DNA of 64,000 bases from Candidatus Woesearchaeota archaeon (GCA_964366415.1 CAYITG010000001.1:11649-75648), one strand, 5' to 3'. Counted from the stretch's first letter, positions 54,614 to 64,000 are shown. A program made the numbers and translations. The notes: a model not told the origin generated them from the sequence alone.

Positions 54614-54772
54614 ATGCCATGGTTGGACGATATAGGCGGTGTGTTTCCTGTAGGATGGAAATTCGGAAAAGTGCACGAGATAATCCTTACCTTTGCAGAG
54701 AATGCGAACATCAGTTCCATACGTTTGGAATGCCGACGTCTGTGCGCTATGGACTATAACGCTCGCGTATAA
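54614..54772 (+). CDS. Possible micro-protein (52 aa)
   Basis: Internal ATG of ORF 54572-54772, preceded by TAGGGGGTGT. Its 3' end overlaps the convergent hsp20 by 19 nt. Confidence 0.3.
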   Translation: MPWLDDIGGVFPVGWKFGKVHEIILTFAENANISSIRLECRRLCAMDYNARV

Positions 54773-55107
54773 GGAAGATTCACTTTCAACATGCCGTTAT
54801 TGAACACAGCACGCGCACGTGTAATATCTACAATAGATGGAATATCCACAATACGATAATAATTTGTTTTGCTATTTTCTCCCTTTACTTCCATTTTCGA
54901 GCTATTCATACGTAAGGAGATACTCTTTTTTTTTACATGAGGCAATTTAATGTTAATATGCACTCCTTTTTGATTTTGACTAATTTCACAATATGGTTCT
55001 TCGTAGGACTCGAGAGACTTCTTCCATTCTTTGAACTCGTGCGCTAAACGTTGGAGATTATGGATTAAGGTTGGCGTCGCTGTGTCTTTTTTCTCACTCT
55101 TTTTCAT
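54754..55107 (-). CDS. hsp20: Small heat-shock protein (Hsp20/alpha-crystallin domain)
   Basis: 117 aa containing VHINIKLPHVKKKSISLRMNSSKMEVKGE...ARAVFNNGMLKVNLP. Confidence 0.75.
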   Translation of the reverse strand: MKKSEKKDTATPTLIHNLQRLAHEFKEWKKSLESYEEPYCEISQNQKGVHINIKLPHVKKKSISLRMNSSKMEVKGENSKTNYYRIVDIPSIVDITRARAVFNNGMLKVNLPYTRAL

Positions 55108-55128
55108 CTTTTTACTCTATAGAATTTT

Positions 55129-55617
55129 TTAAACTATATGCTTATCATGTACACCGGGATAAGTATATATCTCTTCCTTTTTGAACCATAATGCTATTTC
55201 TTGTGGCGCATCTGATCCGGAAGAGGCATGGATTAAATTGCGTGTGGCTGCTTTCTTTATATCTGCATAACTATTGCTTCCATGAGCGAAATCCCCTCGA
55301 ATTGTTCCCGGCAAAGCTACTTTTGGCTCAGTGTCACCTACAATCTTTCGTACGTTCTCTACGGCATGCACGCCTTCAATCACCATGGCCACCACTGGTC
55401 CTTCGATTACATAATTAAGTAATGCATCTCGTACATGTTGACCACGACGTTTCGTAATATCTTCCGTGTAATGTTGCTCTGCAAAATCCTTATCTACTTT
55501 TACCATTTTCAATGCAACAATTTTTAATCCTCGTTTTTCAAAACGCTGGAGAATTTCACCTATCAACCCTCTTTCTACACCATCAGGTTTTACTAGTACG
55601 AGCGTACGTTCGATCAT
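55129..55617 (-). CDS. ndk: Nucleoside diphosphate kinase
   Basis: Contains ERTLVLVKPDGVERGLIGEILQRFEKRGLKIV and the catalytic His in RNLIHAS. The ATG at 55617 forms an ATGA overlap with the rpl24e stop. The ORF-track start at 55638 is a GTG. Confidence 0.9.
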   Translation of the reverse strand: MIERTLVLVKPDGVERGLIGEILQRFEKRGLKIVALKMVKVDKDFAEQHYTEDITKRRGQHVRDALLNYVIEGPVVAMVIEGVHAVENVRKIVGDTEPKVALPGTIRGDFAHGSNSYADIKKAATRNLIHASSGSDAPQEIALWFKKEEIYTYPGVHDKHIV

Positions 55618-55784
55618 TTTTTGTACTGCGTTGTCCACTTGAAATTTGCAGGTGTTCTTTTTAACTTTAATTGATTCTTTTTACACTTGCTTGAACAAAA
55701 ATAGAAAATCTTTCCTTCTTTGAGAACATACATCATGCCTGTCCCTTTGGCAATTTGGTTTCCGCAGAATGAACACTTTACCAT
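55614..55784 (-). CDS. rpl24e: Ribosomal protein L24e (eL24)
   Basis: 56-aa ORF below the track cutoff. The product is MVKCSFCGNQIAKGTGMMYVLKEGKIFYFCSSKCKKNQLKLKRTPANFKWTTQYKK. It sits in the conserved L7Ae-S28e-L24e-ndk order. Confidence 0.85.
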   Translation of the reverse strand: MVKCSFCGNQIAKGTGMMYVLKEGKIFYFCSSKCKKNQLKLKRTPANFKWTTQYKK

Positions 55785-55786
55785 CT

Positions 55787-56071
55787 TTACCTCTTCTTAC
55801 CACGCTTGGCTTGGACTAATGATCGTGCTTCTATTTCAGTTTCACGCAACATGATAATATCTTTTTCTCGAATAGGACCTTTTACATTACGACGTAGAAT
55901 TTTATTCTTTTCAGGACCATCCAGAACTTTACAACGCACTTGCGTGATAGCACCACGTGTATCTGTTTTACCAACAACTTCTTCAATTACTGCAGGAATA
56001 GCCTGTGTTAATCTGGGATCTTTTTTCTTTTCCTGCTGTTGATCTTGCCTTGCGGGATATTTTTTCTCCAT
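55787..56071 (-). CDS. rps28e: Ribosomal protein S28e (eS28) with N- and C-terminal extensions
   Basis: The core is AVIEEVVGKTDTRGAITQVRCKVLDGPEKNKILRRNVKGPIREKDIIMLRETE. Confidence 0.85.
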   Translation of the reverse strand: MEKKYPARQDQQQEKKKDPRLTQAIPAVIEEVVGKTDTRGAITQVRCKVLDGPEKNKILRRNVKGPIREKDIIMLRETEIEARSLVQAKRGKKR

Positions 56072-56072
56072 T

Positions 56073-56414
56073 TTATGACTTCAACTTGGAGGCAATTTCC
56101 TTGATCAGATCTTTTGCCTCTCCTTCTGTAATAATTGCAATAGCGCCAGTAGAAACACTTAATCCTGCTGCAGCCCCTAATTCTTCTTTACTTGGGACCT
56201 CAACAATAGGAATATCTTTTTCCTTGCATAAAGGTGTAAAATGCATGATAATCTCTGGAGGATTGACATCTTTTGCCACAAGCACGAGTTTTGCTGAACC
56301 TCGTTCAATTGCCTTGGTGGTTTCATTTGCTCCTTTCTTTATTTTGCCTGTTTTACGGGCAAGTTCAACGGCTTCATAGGCTTTCGTCATGAGTTCTTTT
56401 GATGCTTCGGCCAT
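56073..56414 (-). CDS. rpl7ae: Ribosomal protein L7Ae (K-turn binding)
   Basis: 113 aa containing [29 protein letters not shown]...[20 protein letters not shown]. Confidence 0.9.
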   Translation of the reverse strand: MAEASKELMTKAYEAVELARKTGKIKKGANETTKAIERGSAKLVLVAKDVNPPEIIMHFTPLCKEKDIPIVEVPSKEELGAAAGLSVSTGAIAIITEGEAKDLIKEIASKLKS

Positions 56415-56526
56415 TTTGTTCCTCCATGATGTTTTATGATTATGTGTAGGAATGAGGGATAAAATTGCTTTAAAAAGGTTTCTACCTCCCAGTAATCTTT
56501 TTAATTCCTTCCTTTGTCCTCTTCTT

Positions 56527-56910
56527 ATGCAACTGATGATACGTGTTTTAGATATTACTGGAAGAGCTTTTATTATCGATCTTGATCATGATGGAGAGGA
56601 CTGTGATTGGTTTTACATTGATGAATTGGGAAAACCTGCACGAGAGGCTTGTGAAACTGATTTTCATCCTATAAATCTGCAAGGGTGCGTTGTTCCTCGT
56701 GCCCTTTATCATCGTCAGATTTTTGATTCTTTGCATGTAGCACATCGCTTTGCAGCACGAACAACATTAGAATATCTTATCGGATTTTATGAAGGAAATA
56801 TTACCACATTACGACAGCGAGATTATCTTGATGTAGAAGCACAAGGCGAACTTGAACTTTATCAAGGACTTGTTGCTCGTTATCAACATGAACTAAGAGG
56901 ATACACGTGA
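56527..56910 (+). CDS. Hypothetical protein
   Basis: The ORF-track frame is 56452-56910. I preferred the ATG at 56527 because a TATA-like ctttaaaaagg lies inside the longer version. No motif was recognised. Confidence 0.35.
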   Translation: MQLMIRVLDITGRAFIIDLDHDGEDCDWFYIDELGKPAREACETDFHPINLQGCVVPRALYHRQIFDSLHVAHRFAARTTLEYLIGFYEGNITTLRQRDYLDVEAQGELELYQGLVARYQHELRGYT

Positions 56911-57287
56911 TTGTTGACCGTATTATTTATGAAGGAATCTTTTCTTCTTTCTATCAAACAGCGTTTCCTACTTTTATGACACAAGATGGCATCGGAAAAA
57001 AGTACCATTCATCTCGCCCTGTCCTTGTTAATAAAGAAAGATTTAGTTCTCTTCGAATTATGTATCATTTTCCTACCTTAGGCGTTGGAATTGAATGCGA
57101 ACGACTGTCTAAAATAGAATTAGAATTAGTGGATTATGCTTTCCACATCATCGATCTAATCTTGGCTTTCTTGAACGCCTCATCAAAGAAGAAGCTGGAA
57201 AATATCAAGGATGAGTATAATAAAAAATATATGTATCTTTTTCTTTTTTATCTAAACGACAGAAGAACTTTCTTTCGAATTGGATGA
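56907..57287 (+). CDS. Hypothetical protein (doubtful)
   Basis: 126-aa ORF with a GTG start overlapping the previous stop. Its last 83 nt overlap the convergent gltX 3' end, and that tail is low-complexity. Confidence 0.25.
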   Translation: MIVDRIIYEGIFSSFYQTAFPTFMTQDGIGKKYHSSRPVLVNKERFSSLRIMYHFPTLGVGIECERLSKIELELVDYAFHIIDLILAFLNASSKKKLENIKDEYNKKYMYLFLFYLNDRRTFFRIG

Positions 57288-58878
57288 CTTCTCCAGGCTG
57301 CACTTGTGCTATCGTATGTTCTGCAAGTCCATTCTTTACTGATGTGTCTGGCATGATGACTTGTACTTTGATGAGATCTTTTGAAACGGGAAGCCAATGA
57401 ATAAGTTTAGCATTCAAGTCTTGCTTCATTTCAATGGAATGAAATTTCTTGTCTTTGAAGTTAAAGAGATGCATGAGGCGATATAGTTTTCCTTTTTCAA
57501 GTTCGTCTTCAACATAAAATTTTCCTGACGTTGTGAAACGACGCACACCATGTGCCGGAACATCTGGATGAATAGGGACCTCTACTTTTAGTTGTGGCGC
57601 ATCAGCAATTATTATTTCTTTTGGATTTTCAATGAAAAAATAGCGATGCGTGTCTTTGTCAATGATTGTGCGGTTATAAGAATAAATTGCTTTCATGAAT
57701 TCATCATAATTCACTACCTTGTCTACTTTTGAAGGCCCTAACTCTCGGACATAGCGCGCAAATGCGCCTGGGTGGAAACCACGCCTTTTGAAGGCAGCTA
57801 ACGTAGGCAAGCGAGGATCATCCCATCCGCTAAATAACTTATTTTGGATAGCCTCTCTGAATCCGGATGTCGACATGCGCAACCCTGTGAAATTAATTCT
57901 TCCGATGTGGATATATTCTGGAATTTCCCAGCCGAGATATTTGAAAATATAGCGCTGACGTTCCATATTGACAATATGGTCTTTGCCTCGAATGACATGG
58001 GACATGCCGTTATCATGATCGTCTACAGCAACTGCGAAATTCATTAATGGCCAGACGCGATACTCTTCTTTAGTGCGTGGATGAGGCGCGTCATTAATCC
58101 TGAATGCCGGCCAATCGCGTACTGCTGGATTTTTATGTTTAATGTCTGTTTTTATACGCAACACTGCTTCTCCCATGTCATATCCTTTGAACATGCTCTG
58201 CCAACGCTCTTTTTGTTCTTTTATAGGAAGATTTCTACAAGGACATGACTTCATCTTGTCTATTAATGCCTTGAAGTCTTCTGGCTTACAAACACAGACA
58301 TACGCATTTCCTTGATCAATTAATGTTGCTGCATGCAAATAATAGTCATCCATGCACGAAGACTGAATCACTGGTGTGACTTTTTGTTGTGTAATCCATT
58401 CAGCATCTTTGATAATCATATTGTATGCTGGTTCGTAAATATCTTCTGGATTGGTATCTGCAATTCTTACCACTAATTTTCCTTTGTATTTTTTGGCATA
58501 TTCGGCATTCAGAAGAAGAATGATCGTATGTCCTATGTGTAAAGGGCCTGTTGGACTTGGTTCAAAACGGAATGCGTAGGAGCTCGCTTTCTTTAATTCT
58601 GGCAATTCATCTTCTCTGCCTCGTGGAGCAAATGTCGGCAGCTGTGCTTCATATTTTACCAATTCTTTTTTTCGTTCTGTAGGAGCAAGCTTTTGGCATT
58701 CTTTGATTATTGCTGCGATTTTCTTTCGTGTTTCTGGAATTTCTTTTTTTACTTCTGGCTCAGCCGCAATAAGTTTTCCTAGAATAGTTTGTTCATTGAC
58801 TTGGTTATATTTTTCTAAACCTGCTAGAATAAGTCCCCGTATAAGATCTTCCCTCTTTGATTTTGTCTTTTTCGGCAT
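57205..58878 (-). CDS. gltX: Glutamyl-tRNA synthetase, archaeal type
   Basis: 557 aa containing FRFEPSPTGPLHIGH (HIGH) and LRMSTS (KMSKS-like), with Glx-RS architecture. I assumed GluRS because archaea normally lack GlnRS. Confidence 0.9.
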   Translation of the reverse strand: MPKKTKSKREDLIRGLILAGLEKYNQVNEQTILGKLIAAEPEVKKEIPETRKKIAAIIKECQKLAPTERKKELVKYEAQLPTFAPRGREDELPELKKASSYAFRFEPSPTGPLHIGHTIILLLNAEYAKKYKGKLVVRIADTNPEDIYEPAYNMIIKDAEWITQQKVTPVIQSSCMDDYYLHAATLIDQGNAYVCVCKPEDFKALIDKMKSCPCRNLPIKEQKERWQSMFKGYDMGEAVLRIKTDIKHKNPAVRDWPAFRINDAPHPRTKEEYRVWPLMNFAVAVDDHDNGMSHVIRGKDHIVNMERQRYIFKYLGWEIPEYIHIGRINFTGLRMSTSGFREAIQNKLFSGWDDPRLPTLAAFKRRGFHPGAFARYVRELGPSKVDKVVNYDEFMKAIYSYNRTIIDKDTHRYFFIENPKEIIIADAPQLKVEVPIHPDVPAHGVRRFTTSGKFYVEDELEKGKLYRLMHLFNFKDKKFHSIEMKQDLNAKLIHWLPVSKDLIKVQVIMPDTSVKNGLAEHTIAQVQPGEVIQFERKFFCRLDKKEKDTYIFYYTHP

Positions 58879-58919
58879 ACAATTATGTAGACTTTCTGTT
58901 TATAAGGATATCTTCAGAA

Positions 58920-59645
58920 TTATGCACCTAATCGGCGACTACGAGACTTATACTCTTCTAAACATTGCGCTAAATCTTCTTTTTCGAATTCTGGCCACAT
59001 CTTTTCAATGAAAAACCATTCTGAGTATGCTGCCTGGAAATTCAAGAAGTTTGATGTTCTTTTCTCTCCACCGGTTCGAATAATCATTTCTGGTTCACTA
59101 TTTAAGTATAAACTCTTTGCAAACACTTCTTCATTAATCTGATTAATGTCTAATGTTCCTTGCTTGACTTGTTCTGCAATCTTCTTTGTTGCATCAACAA
59201 TTTCAGATTGACCTCCATAAGCCATTGCGAAATTGACAATAAACTGCTTATGTGCTTTTGTTTTTTCCATCAACTCTTTCATCAATTTTTGGATCTTTTC
59301 CGGGAATAACCATATTCTTCCGATGAAATTGATGCGAATGTCATTTTTCTTCAAACGAGGATCGTCTTTTAATGATGTATATTCTTTTTCGAACAGATTC
59401 ATGAGATAATCAAATTCTGGTTTTGGTCGCGAGTGAAAGTTTTCAATGGAAAAACAGTATAGGGTGAGTTCCTTGGCTCCATATTCTCTGCACCAATCAA
59501 GGATTTTTTCTACTTTTTTTGCTCCCCACTCATGTCCTTGCCAGGGTTTTAACATTAATCTTTTTGCAAACCGTCTATTCCCATCTAGAATAATGGCAAT
59601 GTGCTTCGGCACTGCAGTTTTGATGGATTCCATATTTACTGTCAT
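58920..59645 (-). CDS. uppS: Undecaprenyl/di-trans,poly-cis-prenyl diphosphate synthase (cis-IPPS)
   Basis: 241 aa containing HIAIILDGNRRFAKR and IRTGGEKRTSNFL. Confidence 0.9.
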   Translation of the reverse strand: MTVNMESIKTAVPKHIAIILDGNRRFAKRLMLKPWQGHEWGAKKVEKILDWCREYGAKELTLYCFSIENFHSRPKPEFDYLMNLFEKEYTSLKDDPRLKKNDIRINFIGRIWLFPEKIQKLMKELMEKTKAHKQFIVNFAMAYGGQSEIVDATKKIAEQVKQGTLDINQINEEVFAKSLYLNSEPEMIIRTGGEKRTSNFLNFQAAYSEWFFIEKMWPEFEKEDLAQCLEEYKSRSRRLGA

Positions 59646-59926
59646 GCAATGAAAAACCCATTTCTTAACTTTATAAGATTTTTGTTGACTCTTTTATATC
59701 TAGAAAGGGGCAATTACTTTTTCTCTTTGAATTTTATATCCTTCATTTTTGAGAACTTTTTGTTTTATCTTTTTTTCTTGCTCTTCTGATTCATTTTTAT
59801 TTTTTAAGGATTCATTAAAAACCACTAAAATGCTCCTTTTTGTCTCTATCCAGCCCTTTCTAGCTTTTCAGAAATATTTATATACTCTTAGTAATCACAT
59901 CGATATACTATAGACTAGTGATAATA

Positions 59927-61354
59927 ATGGCACTCTCTGATTTCGTCCTCATCCAACAGTATATTACTGTTATTCTTTTAGTGGTTGCCGCTGTCTTTTG
60001 GCATCGTTTACGCATGGATGCTGATCTTAGTCAATTGCGAGCTTCCCGCGTGTATGGTATGACTCTGCTTTTAACGTTGCCTTTTCTTCTTGCCGTTATG
60101 AAATTTATTCCCGTTACTATTTCAGCACTCCTCAATCATACTCTTTTCCTCCTTATTTTCCTTCTGCTTGCCGTGCGTAGCATGCAAAGCTATCGCAGTG
60201 CTTTTACTGAACGTAAAGAAGCCTTACGTGAACTCTATGAAGATGCTGGCAAACATCCTATTCGCCTTGAATTTGCGCGCCATATTGTTGGGCCAGAAAT
60301 GGAGAAAATTTTTGAATTAAAAAATAAACTTGCTTCTGAGAAGAGAGAATTACAAGTTAAACTACGTGGCGTGACACAACGTGAAGAAAAAGTTCAAGAA
60401 AGACTTCAACGCATAGAAATTCTCCAAAAGAAAATTCAAGAAGACAATGCAGCTCTTAACAAGAAGACGATTGATCTTAAAGAACGAGAGCATCAATTAA
60501 TACAGAAAGAAAAAACAATCCAGAATAAAGCTTCTGAGCATGAAGAATCGAAGAAGCGCTATCAAGAGCGAGAACAAAAATTACGAGAACGCTTACAGCA
60601 AATTGAAGTAAAAGAAACACAATTACAAAAAGATTATGAGCAACAGAAAAGCGAGACAAAGAAACGATTAGAAGAACAATACCAAAAATACCGCGAGGAT
60701 TCACGTAAGAAAGTTGAACAGACTGAACAATCTTACAAAGAACATGAAGAGGAACTTGCCCGTTATCGTGAGGAATTAAAAACACAAAAACGTGATTTCT
60801 TGCGCAGAAAACAAGAATTAGAAGACCTTAAGGACGAAGAAGCAGATATTCGTAAAGAATTATCGAAATTACAACGTGTGCGCGTTGAGTTAGCAGGAGA
60901 AAAACAAGAAATTACAGCACAACGAAAACAATTGAAGAAAGAACGAGAGTCCTTTGAAGACGACCGCGACGATGTTCTTGTTCTTCAGGAACGTGCAAAA
61001 AAGAAAGAAGCCGTTTATGTGAAGAGGGAAATAGAATTAAAAGAGTATATGGAACAATTAAAACAGCGAGAAGAAGCAGCAAAACAAGCATTCTCTGAAG
61101 CTAAACGACGTGAACGCGATGCTCGGGAATCACGACAAGAATTGGAAAATGAACGACGCGAAGTTGCTCACTTGAAAGAGAAACTTGAAGAGGAGAGACT
61201 CAAACTAAAGAATAAGAAGAATGGTGGAGGAGAACCTCTTCATTCTATTGTTTTTGACCGCAAAGAAAAGAAAAAAGGAAAACAAAAAAATGAAGGAATC
61301 ATGGAGGAATTGAAGAAAGGGCTGGATAGCATTTCTGGACTTTTTGGATTATAG
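59927..61354 (+). CDS. Membrane-anchored long coiled-coil protein
   Basis: Three N-terminal TM helices are followed by about 340 aa of E/K/R/Q-rich heptad-like sequence. No Walker motifs are present. A TATA-like atatttatata lies about 40 nt upstream. Confidence 0.6.
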   Translation: MALSDFVLIQQYITVILLVVAAVFWHRLRMDADLSQLRASRVYGMTLLLTLPFLLAVMKFIPVTISALLNHTLFLLIFLLLAVRSMQSYRSAFTERKEALRELYEDAGKHPIRLEFARHIVGPEMEKIFELKNKLASEKRELQVKLRGVTQREEKVQERLQRIEILQKKIQEDNAALNKKTIDLKEREHQLIQKEKTIQNKASEHEESKKRYQEREQKLRERLQQIEVKETQLQKDYEQQKSETKKRLEEQYQKYREDSRKKVEQTEQSYKEHEEELARYREELKTQKRDFLRRKQELEDLKDEEADIRKELSKLQRVRVELAGEKQEITAQRKQLKKERESFEDDRDDVLVLQERAKKKEAVYVKREIELKEYMEQLKQREEAAKQAFSEAKRRERDARESRQELENERREVAHLKEKLEEERLKLKNKKNGGGEPLHSIVFDRKEKKKGKQKNEGIMEELKKGLDSISGLFGL

Positions 61355-61363
61355 GTGTGACTC

Positions 61364-61729
61364 ATGGTACTTGATCAAATTTTACTGGCAATGGATTTAC
61401 TTACTTTGTTGTTTGCTTTAGTTACGTTAGTGTACTTGAAGAGAAACAGAGAATACGAACGTTTAGAATTGGAAAGCGGATTGAATGCCCTTCTTTTTGG
61501 TATGTTTTTCCTTTTCATTTCGCTTATTATCACTACTGCCGTGTATTTTGGAAAAGCATTCTCAACTACACTTGAATTGTTCTTTCCCGAGATACAGACT
61601 TACTTAGGGTACTTGCAAAGTGTCAGTCAGTTGGCTTTGTTACCTCTTTTTGCCGTGTGCTTCTTAGTAGCCATCTTGCTGGTGAACAAACACTTGCCTC
61701 GTGCAAAAAAAACACAGAAAGAAGAATAA
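61364..61729 (+). CDS. Three/four-TM membrane protein
   Basis: 121-aa hydrophobic ORF starting 9 nt after the coiled-coil gene. Confidence 0.5.
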   Translation: MVLDQILLAMDLLTLLFALVTLVYLKRNREYERLELESGLNALLFGMFFLFISLIITTAVYFGKAFSTTLELFFPEIQTYLGYLQSVSQLALLPLFAVCFLVAILLVNKHLPRAKKTQKEE

Positions 61730-62356
61730 TTATGGTTTGTCTTTGATTTCATGATGCCTGAGACAACGACACTCATATTTTTCTCTTTTTTGACCATCAA
61801 TCACAATGATGGGCGAATGGTATGATGCTGGCTTTCCATCTATAAGACGTTGTGTACGTGTAGAGAATTCTTCGCATCCCTTATAATCGCATGCTCCTAC
61901 TATTTTGTATACTCTATCAGCCATGCATAATAGATTTGGCATTCGGCCGAATGGTTCTCCTCTAAAATCCAAGTCAAGACCAGCAGCGAGGACGTTAATA
62001 TCTCTCTGCACAAACTGTGCAATAACTTTTTCTATTCCACTATCAAAAAATTGGATTTCATCAATAGCTACCACTCGCGTAGAACCATTAACTCGTTCTA
62101 ATAATCCTTCTGGATTTTTTTCATTTATCGCAATACATTCACGAGAAATGCCCATTCTTGATGTAACATCTGATGTTCTTGTATCGACTGCAGGTTTGAA
62201 TAACATGTAATCATATATTCTTGCATAATCAAGAACTTTTAAACGAAGAAGCAGCTGCCCGGTTTTTCCACTCTTCATGGGGCCGCAATAGAGTTCGAAC
62301 ACTCCAGGATTAATAAGAGAATTATGGCGGGGGTGATGTATCTCCATATCCTCCAT
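61730..62356 (-). CDS. tdk: Thymidine kinase
   Basis: 208 aa with the P-loop YCGPMKSGKT and a C-terminal zinc site C..C...C.C (CDYKGC...CRC). Confidence 0.9.
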   Translation of the reverse strand: MEDMEIHHPRHNSLINPGVFELYCGPMKSGKTGQLLLRLKVLDYARIYDYMLFKPAVDTRTSDVTSRMGISRECIAINEKNPEGLLERVNGSTRVVAIDEIQFFDSGIEKVIAQFVQRDINVLAAGLDLDFRGEPFGRMPNLLCMADRVYKIVGACDYKGCEEFSTRTQRLIDGKPASYHSPIIVIDGQKREKYECRCLRHHEIKDKP

Positions 62357-62521
62357 TTTTCATTTCTTTCTTATAAACTTCTCTGATCTCTTGTATGGAG
62401 TTCCCTTTACAGAAAACTTTATAAAGGAGTATTAGATTATTTCTCATTGAATTCTGCATCCATTCAGATGCAACTCATGGCTTTCATAAAAAAGAGCAAC
62501 ATTATACACACGTGAGAAAAC

Positions 62522-63184
62522 ATGTCCTACGAAACATCTGACACTCTTAAAAACAGTATCCGTAAAGGAACGACTACTGTTGGTATTGTTTGTTCAGATG
62601 GCGTTGTCTTAGCTGCTGATAAACGTACTACCCTTGGCGGGCAAATTGTTTCTGACAAGCGAGTAGAAAAGGTTCGCAGAGTAACTGATAATATTGCTTT
62701 AACTCTTGCAGGCTCAGTAAGTGATGCAGAATTAGTTATTAAACTCCTCAAAGCAGAGCTTAAACTCAAGACTATTCGCAGCGGCAATGAACCTACCGTC
62801 AATGAGGCTGCAAATTTATTGGGATCACTCGTCTATCAAAATGTGCGACAATTCAGAACTATTATTGCCATTACAGGATTTCTTATTGCTGGCGTAGATC
62901 ATAATGGATATCATCTTTATGATATAGGCGTTGATGGAAGTGTGGTTAAGCGTGATGATTATACTACAGATGGATCTGGAATGATGTTTGCAACAGGCGT
63001 CTTTGAAACATTATACCATAAAGACATCAAAGTTAATGAAGGAATGTCCGTAGCTGTCAAAGCTATCAATGCCGCTATCCAGCGTGACACTGCATCTGGT
63101 GAAGGTGTTGATGTATGGACTATTACGAAAGCTGGCGCTCAGAAAGTTTTCACTAAACAGATTGAGCGCAAACTAGAATTATAA
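62522..63184 (+). CDS. psmB: Proteasome beta subunit
   Basis: 220 aa. A short propeptide is followed by the active-site context GTTTVGIVCSDGVVLAADKR. Confidence 0.9.
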   Translation: MSYETSDTLKNSIRKGTTTVGIVCSDGVVLAADKRTTLGGQIVSDKRVEKVRRVTDNIALTLAGSVSDAELVIKLLKAELKLKTIRSGNEPTVNEAANLLGSLVYQNVRQFRTIIAITGFLIAGVDHNGYHLYDIGVDGSVVKRDDYTTDGSGMMFATGVFETLYHKDIKVNEGMSVAVKAINAAIQRDTASGEGVDVWTITKAGAQKVFTKQIERKLEL

Positions 63185-63213
63185 TTTCTTATGATTTCAA
63201 TAGGTATTGAACG

Positions 63214-64000
63214 ATGGTACAAATATTAGATGATATCCTTAAAGAATTGCCGAAAGGCTCTGTTAGCGATTCGGTGTTTGAAGGAGCCAATATTATTCTT
63301 TACACTAAAGACAAAGAGTTCTTTTTGACGAAGGGAGATGTTATTCGTGAGATTGTGAGCAAAATTAAGAAACGTGTTGAATTACGTCCTGATCCCAGCA
63401 TTACCATGGAGCTTGAGAAAGCTGAAACTGTTATTCGAAAACTCGTTCCTGCTGAAGCAATTATCGGAAATATCTTGTTTGACCCGCAACGTAGCATTGT
63501 CATTATTGAAGCAGAAAAACCAGGCATTGCTATTGGTAAACAAGGAGAAGTTTTGAAAGACATCCGCAAACAAACGTTTTGGGTGCCTCATGTTCAACGA
63601 ACTCCTTCCTTACGCAGCCAAATTATTGAAAATGTTCGCTCCGTCTTATTTCAAAATAATGATTATCGCAAGAAGTTTTTACACAAAGTTGGACTGCGTA
63701 TTTACAATGGCTATACCAAAGAACGCAAAGAAGAGTGGGTGAGAGTAACATTCTTTGGCGCTGGACGTCAAGTAGGCAGAAGTTGCATCTTCTTGCAAAC
63801 GCCTGAAAGCAAGGTGTTGCTTGATTGCGGTGTGAATGTTGCGTACGATGACTACAATGCATATCCTATGCTGGACAGTCCTGAATTCAAGATTGAAGAA
63901 TTGGATGCCATCATTATTTCACATTCCCATATTGATCATAGCGGTTTTGTGCCATTTTTATATAAGATGGGATTCAGAGGGCCCATGTATTGTACGGCCC
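63214..64000 (+). CDS. aCPSF1 (KH-domain beta-CASP metallo-beta-lactamase RNase), 3'-truncated by the window edge
   Basis: This ORF is not in the track because it runs off the end. An N-terminal KH region (IIEAEKPGIAIGKQGEVLKDI) is followed by the MBL domain with GRSCIFLQT and ISHSHIDHSG. Confidence 0.85.
   Translation, partial: MVQILDDILKELPKGSVSDSVFEGANIILYTKDKEFFLTKGDVIREIVSKIKKRVELRPDPSITMELEKAETVIRKLVPAEAIIGNILFDPQRSIVIIEAEKPGIAIGKQGEVLKDIRKQTFWVPHVQRTPSLRSQIIENVRSVLFQNNDYRKKFLHKVGLRIYNGYTKERKEEWVRVTFFGAGRQVGRSCIFLQTPESKVLLDCGVNVAYDDYNAYPMLDSPEFKIEELDAIIISHSHIDHSGFVPFLYKMGFRGPMYCTA

Noticed and set aside
59927-61354. SMC/Rad50-like interpretation of the long coiled-coil protein
   Set aside because: It has no Walker A/B or signature motif and no hinge. 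The N-terminus consists of TM helices rather than an ATPase head.

Overview
This is a gene-dense segment of an archaeal chromosome with about 90 genes and short or overlapping spacers. All calls come from reading motifs by eye; no searches were run.

**Core content.** Most genes are information-processing genes:
- Ribosomal proteins: S27ae, S24e, S6e, S28e, L24e, L7Ae and uS2.
- Transcription: Rpo7 (RpoE'), Spt4 and Rpo6 (RpoK).
- An exosome/proteasome superoperon: Rpp30, Pop5, PsmA, SBDS, Rrp4, Rrp41, Rrp42.
- Translation and RNA processing: aIF2-gamma, aIF5B, aCPSF1 (3'-truncated at the window end), PsmB, HisRS, GluRS and a tRNA-His.
- Other housekeeping: Ndk, Tdk, UMP kinase and UppS.
- Bacterial-type additions: gyrB/gyrA, a FabH-like gene and a bacterial-type TyrRS.

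The mix of a reduced core, many membrane-anchored hypothetical proteins and bacterial add-ons fits a small-genome, DPANN-like archaeon. The taxon cannot be proven from this window.

**Most notable observations.**
1. 41265-48720: an AT-richer, compositionally distinct operon. It carries three class-Ic aaRS genes: a bacterial-type TyrRS, an archaeal-type TyrRS homologue lacking both HIGH histidines, and a TrpRS-like gene. These are followed by a TrpD-like gene, a Zn-dehydrogenase and a kinase-HAD fusion. It sits between core translation-factor genes and is my best candidate for an undescribed system.
2. 6372-13550: an envelope thiol-disulfide/metal-handling island. It includes a DsbA-like gene, a triple CxxC thioredoxin-repeat protein, a Cys-rich polytopic membrane protein, His-rich paralogues, a Met-rich micro-protein and a rhodanese.
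3. 34389-35699: a 437-aa LAGLIDADG intein that splits GyrA immediately after the catalytic Tyr.
4. Rrp4 carries a eukaryote-like RGG/GGY tail encoded by a perfect ~50-nt direct repeat.
5. tRNA-His ends 20 nt upstream of hisS.
6. Two candidate small structured RNAs, plus several ORFs under 60 aa missing from the ORF track. One of these is a clear rpl24e.

No rRNA, CRISPR array, transposase or integrase was seen.
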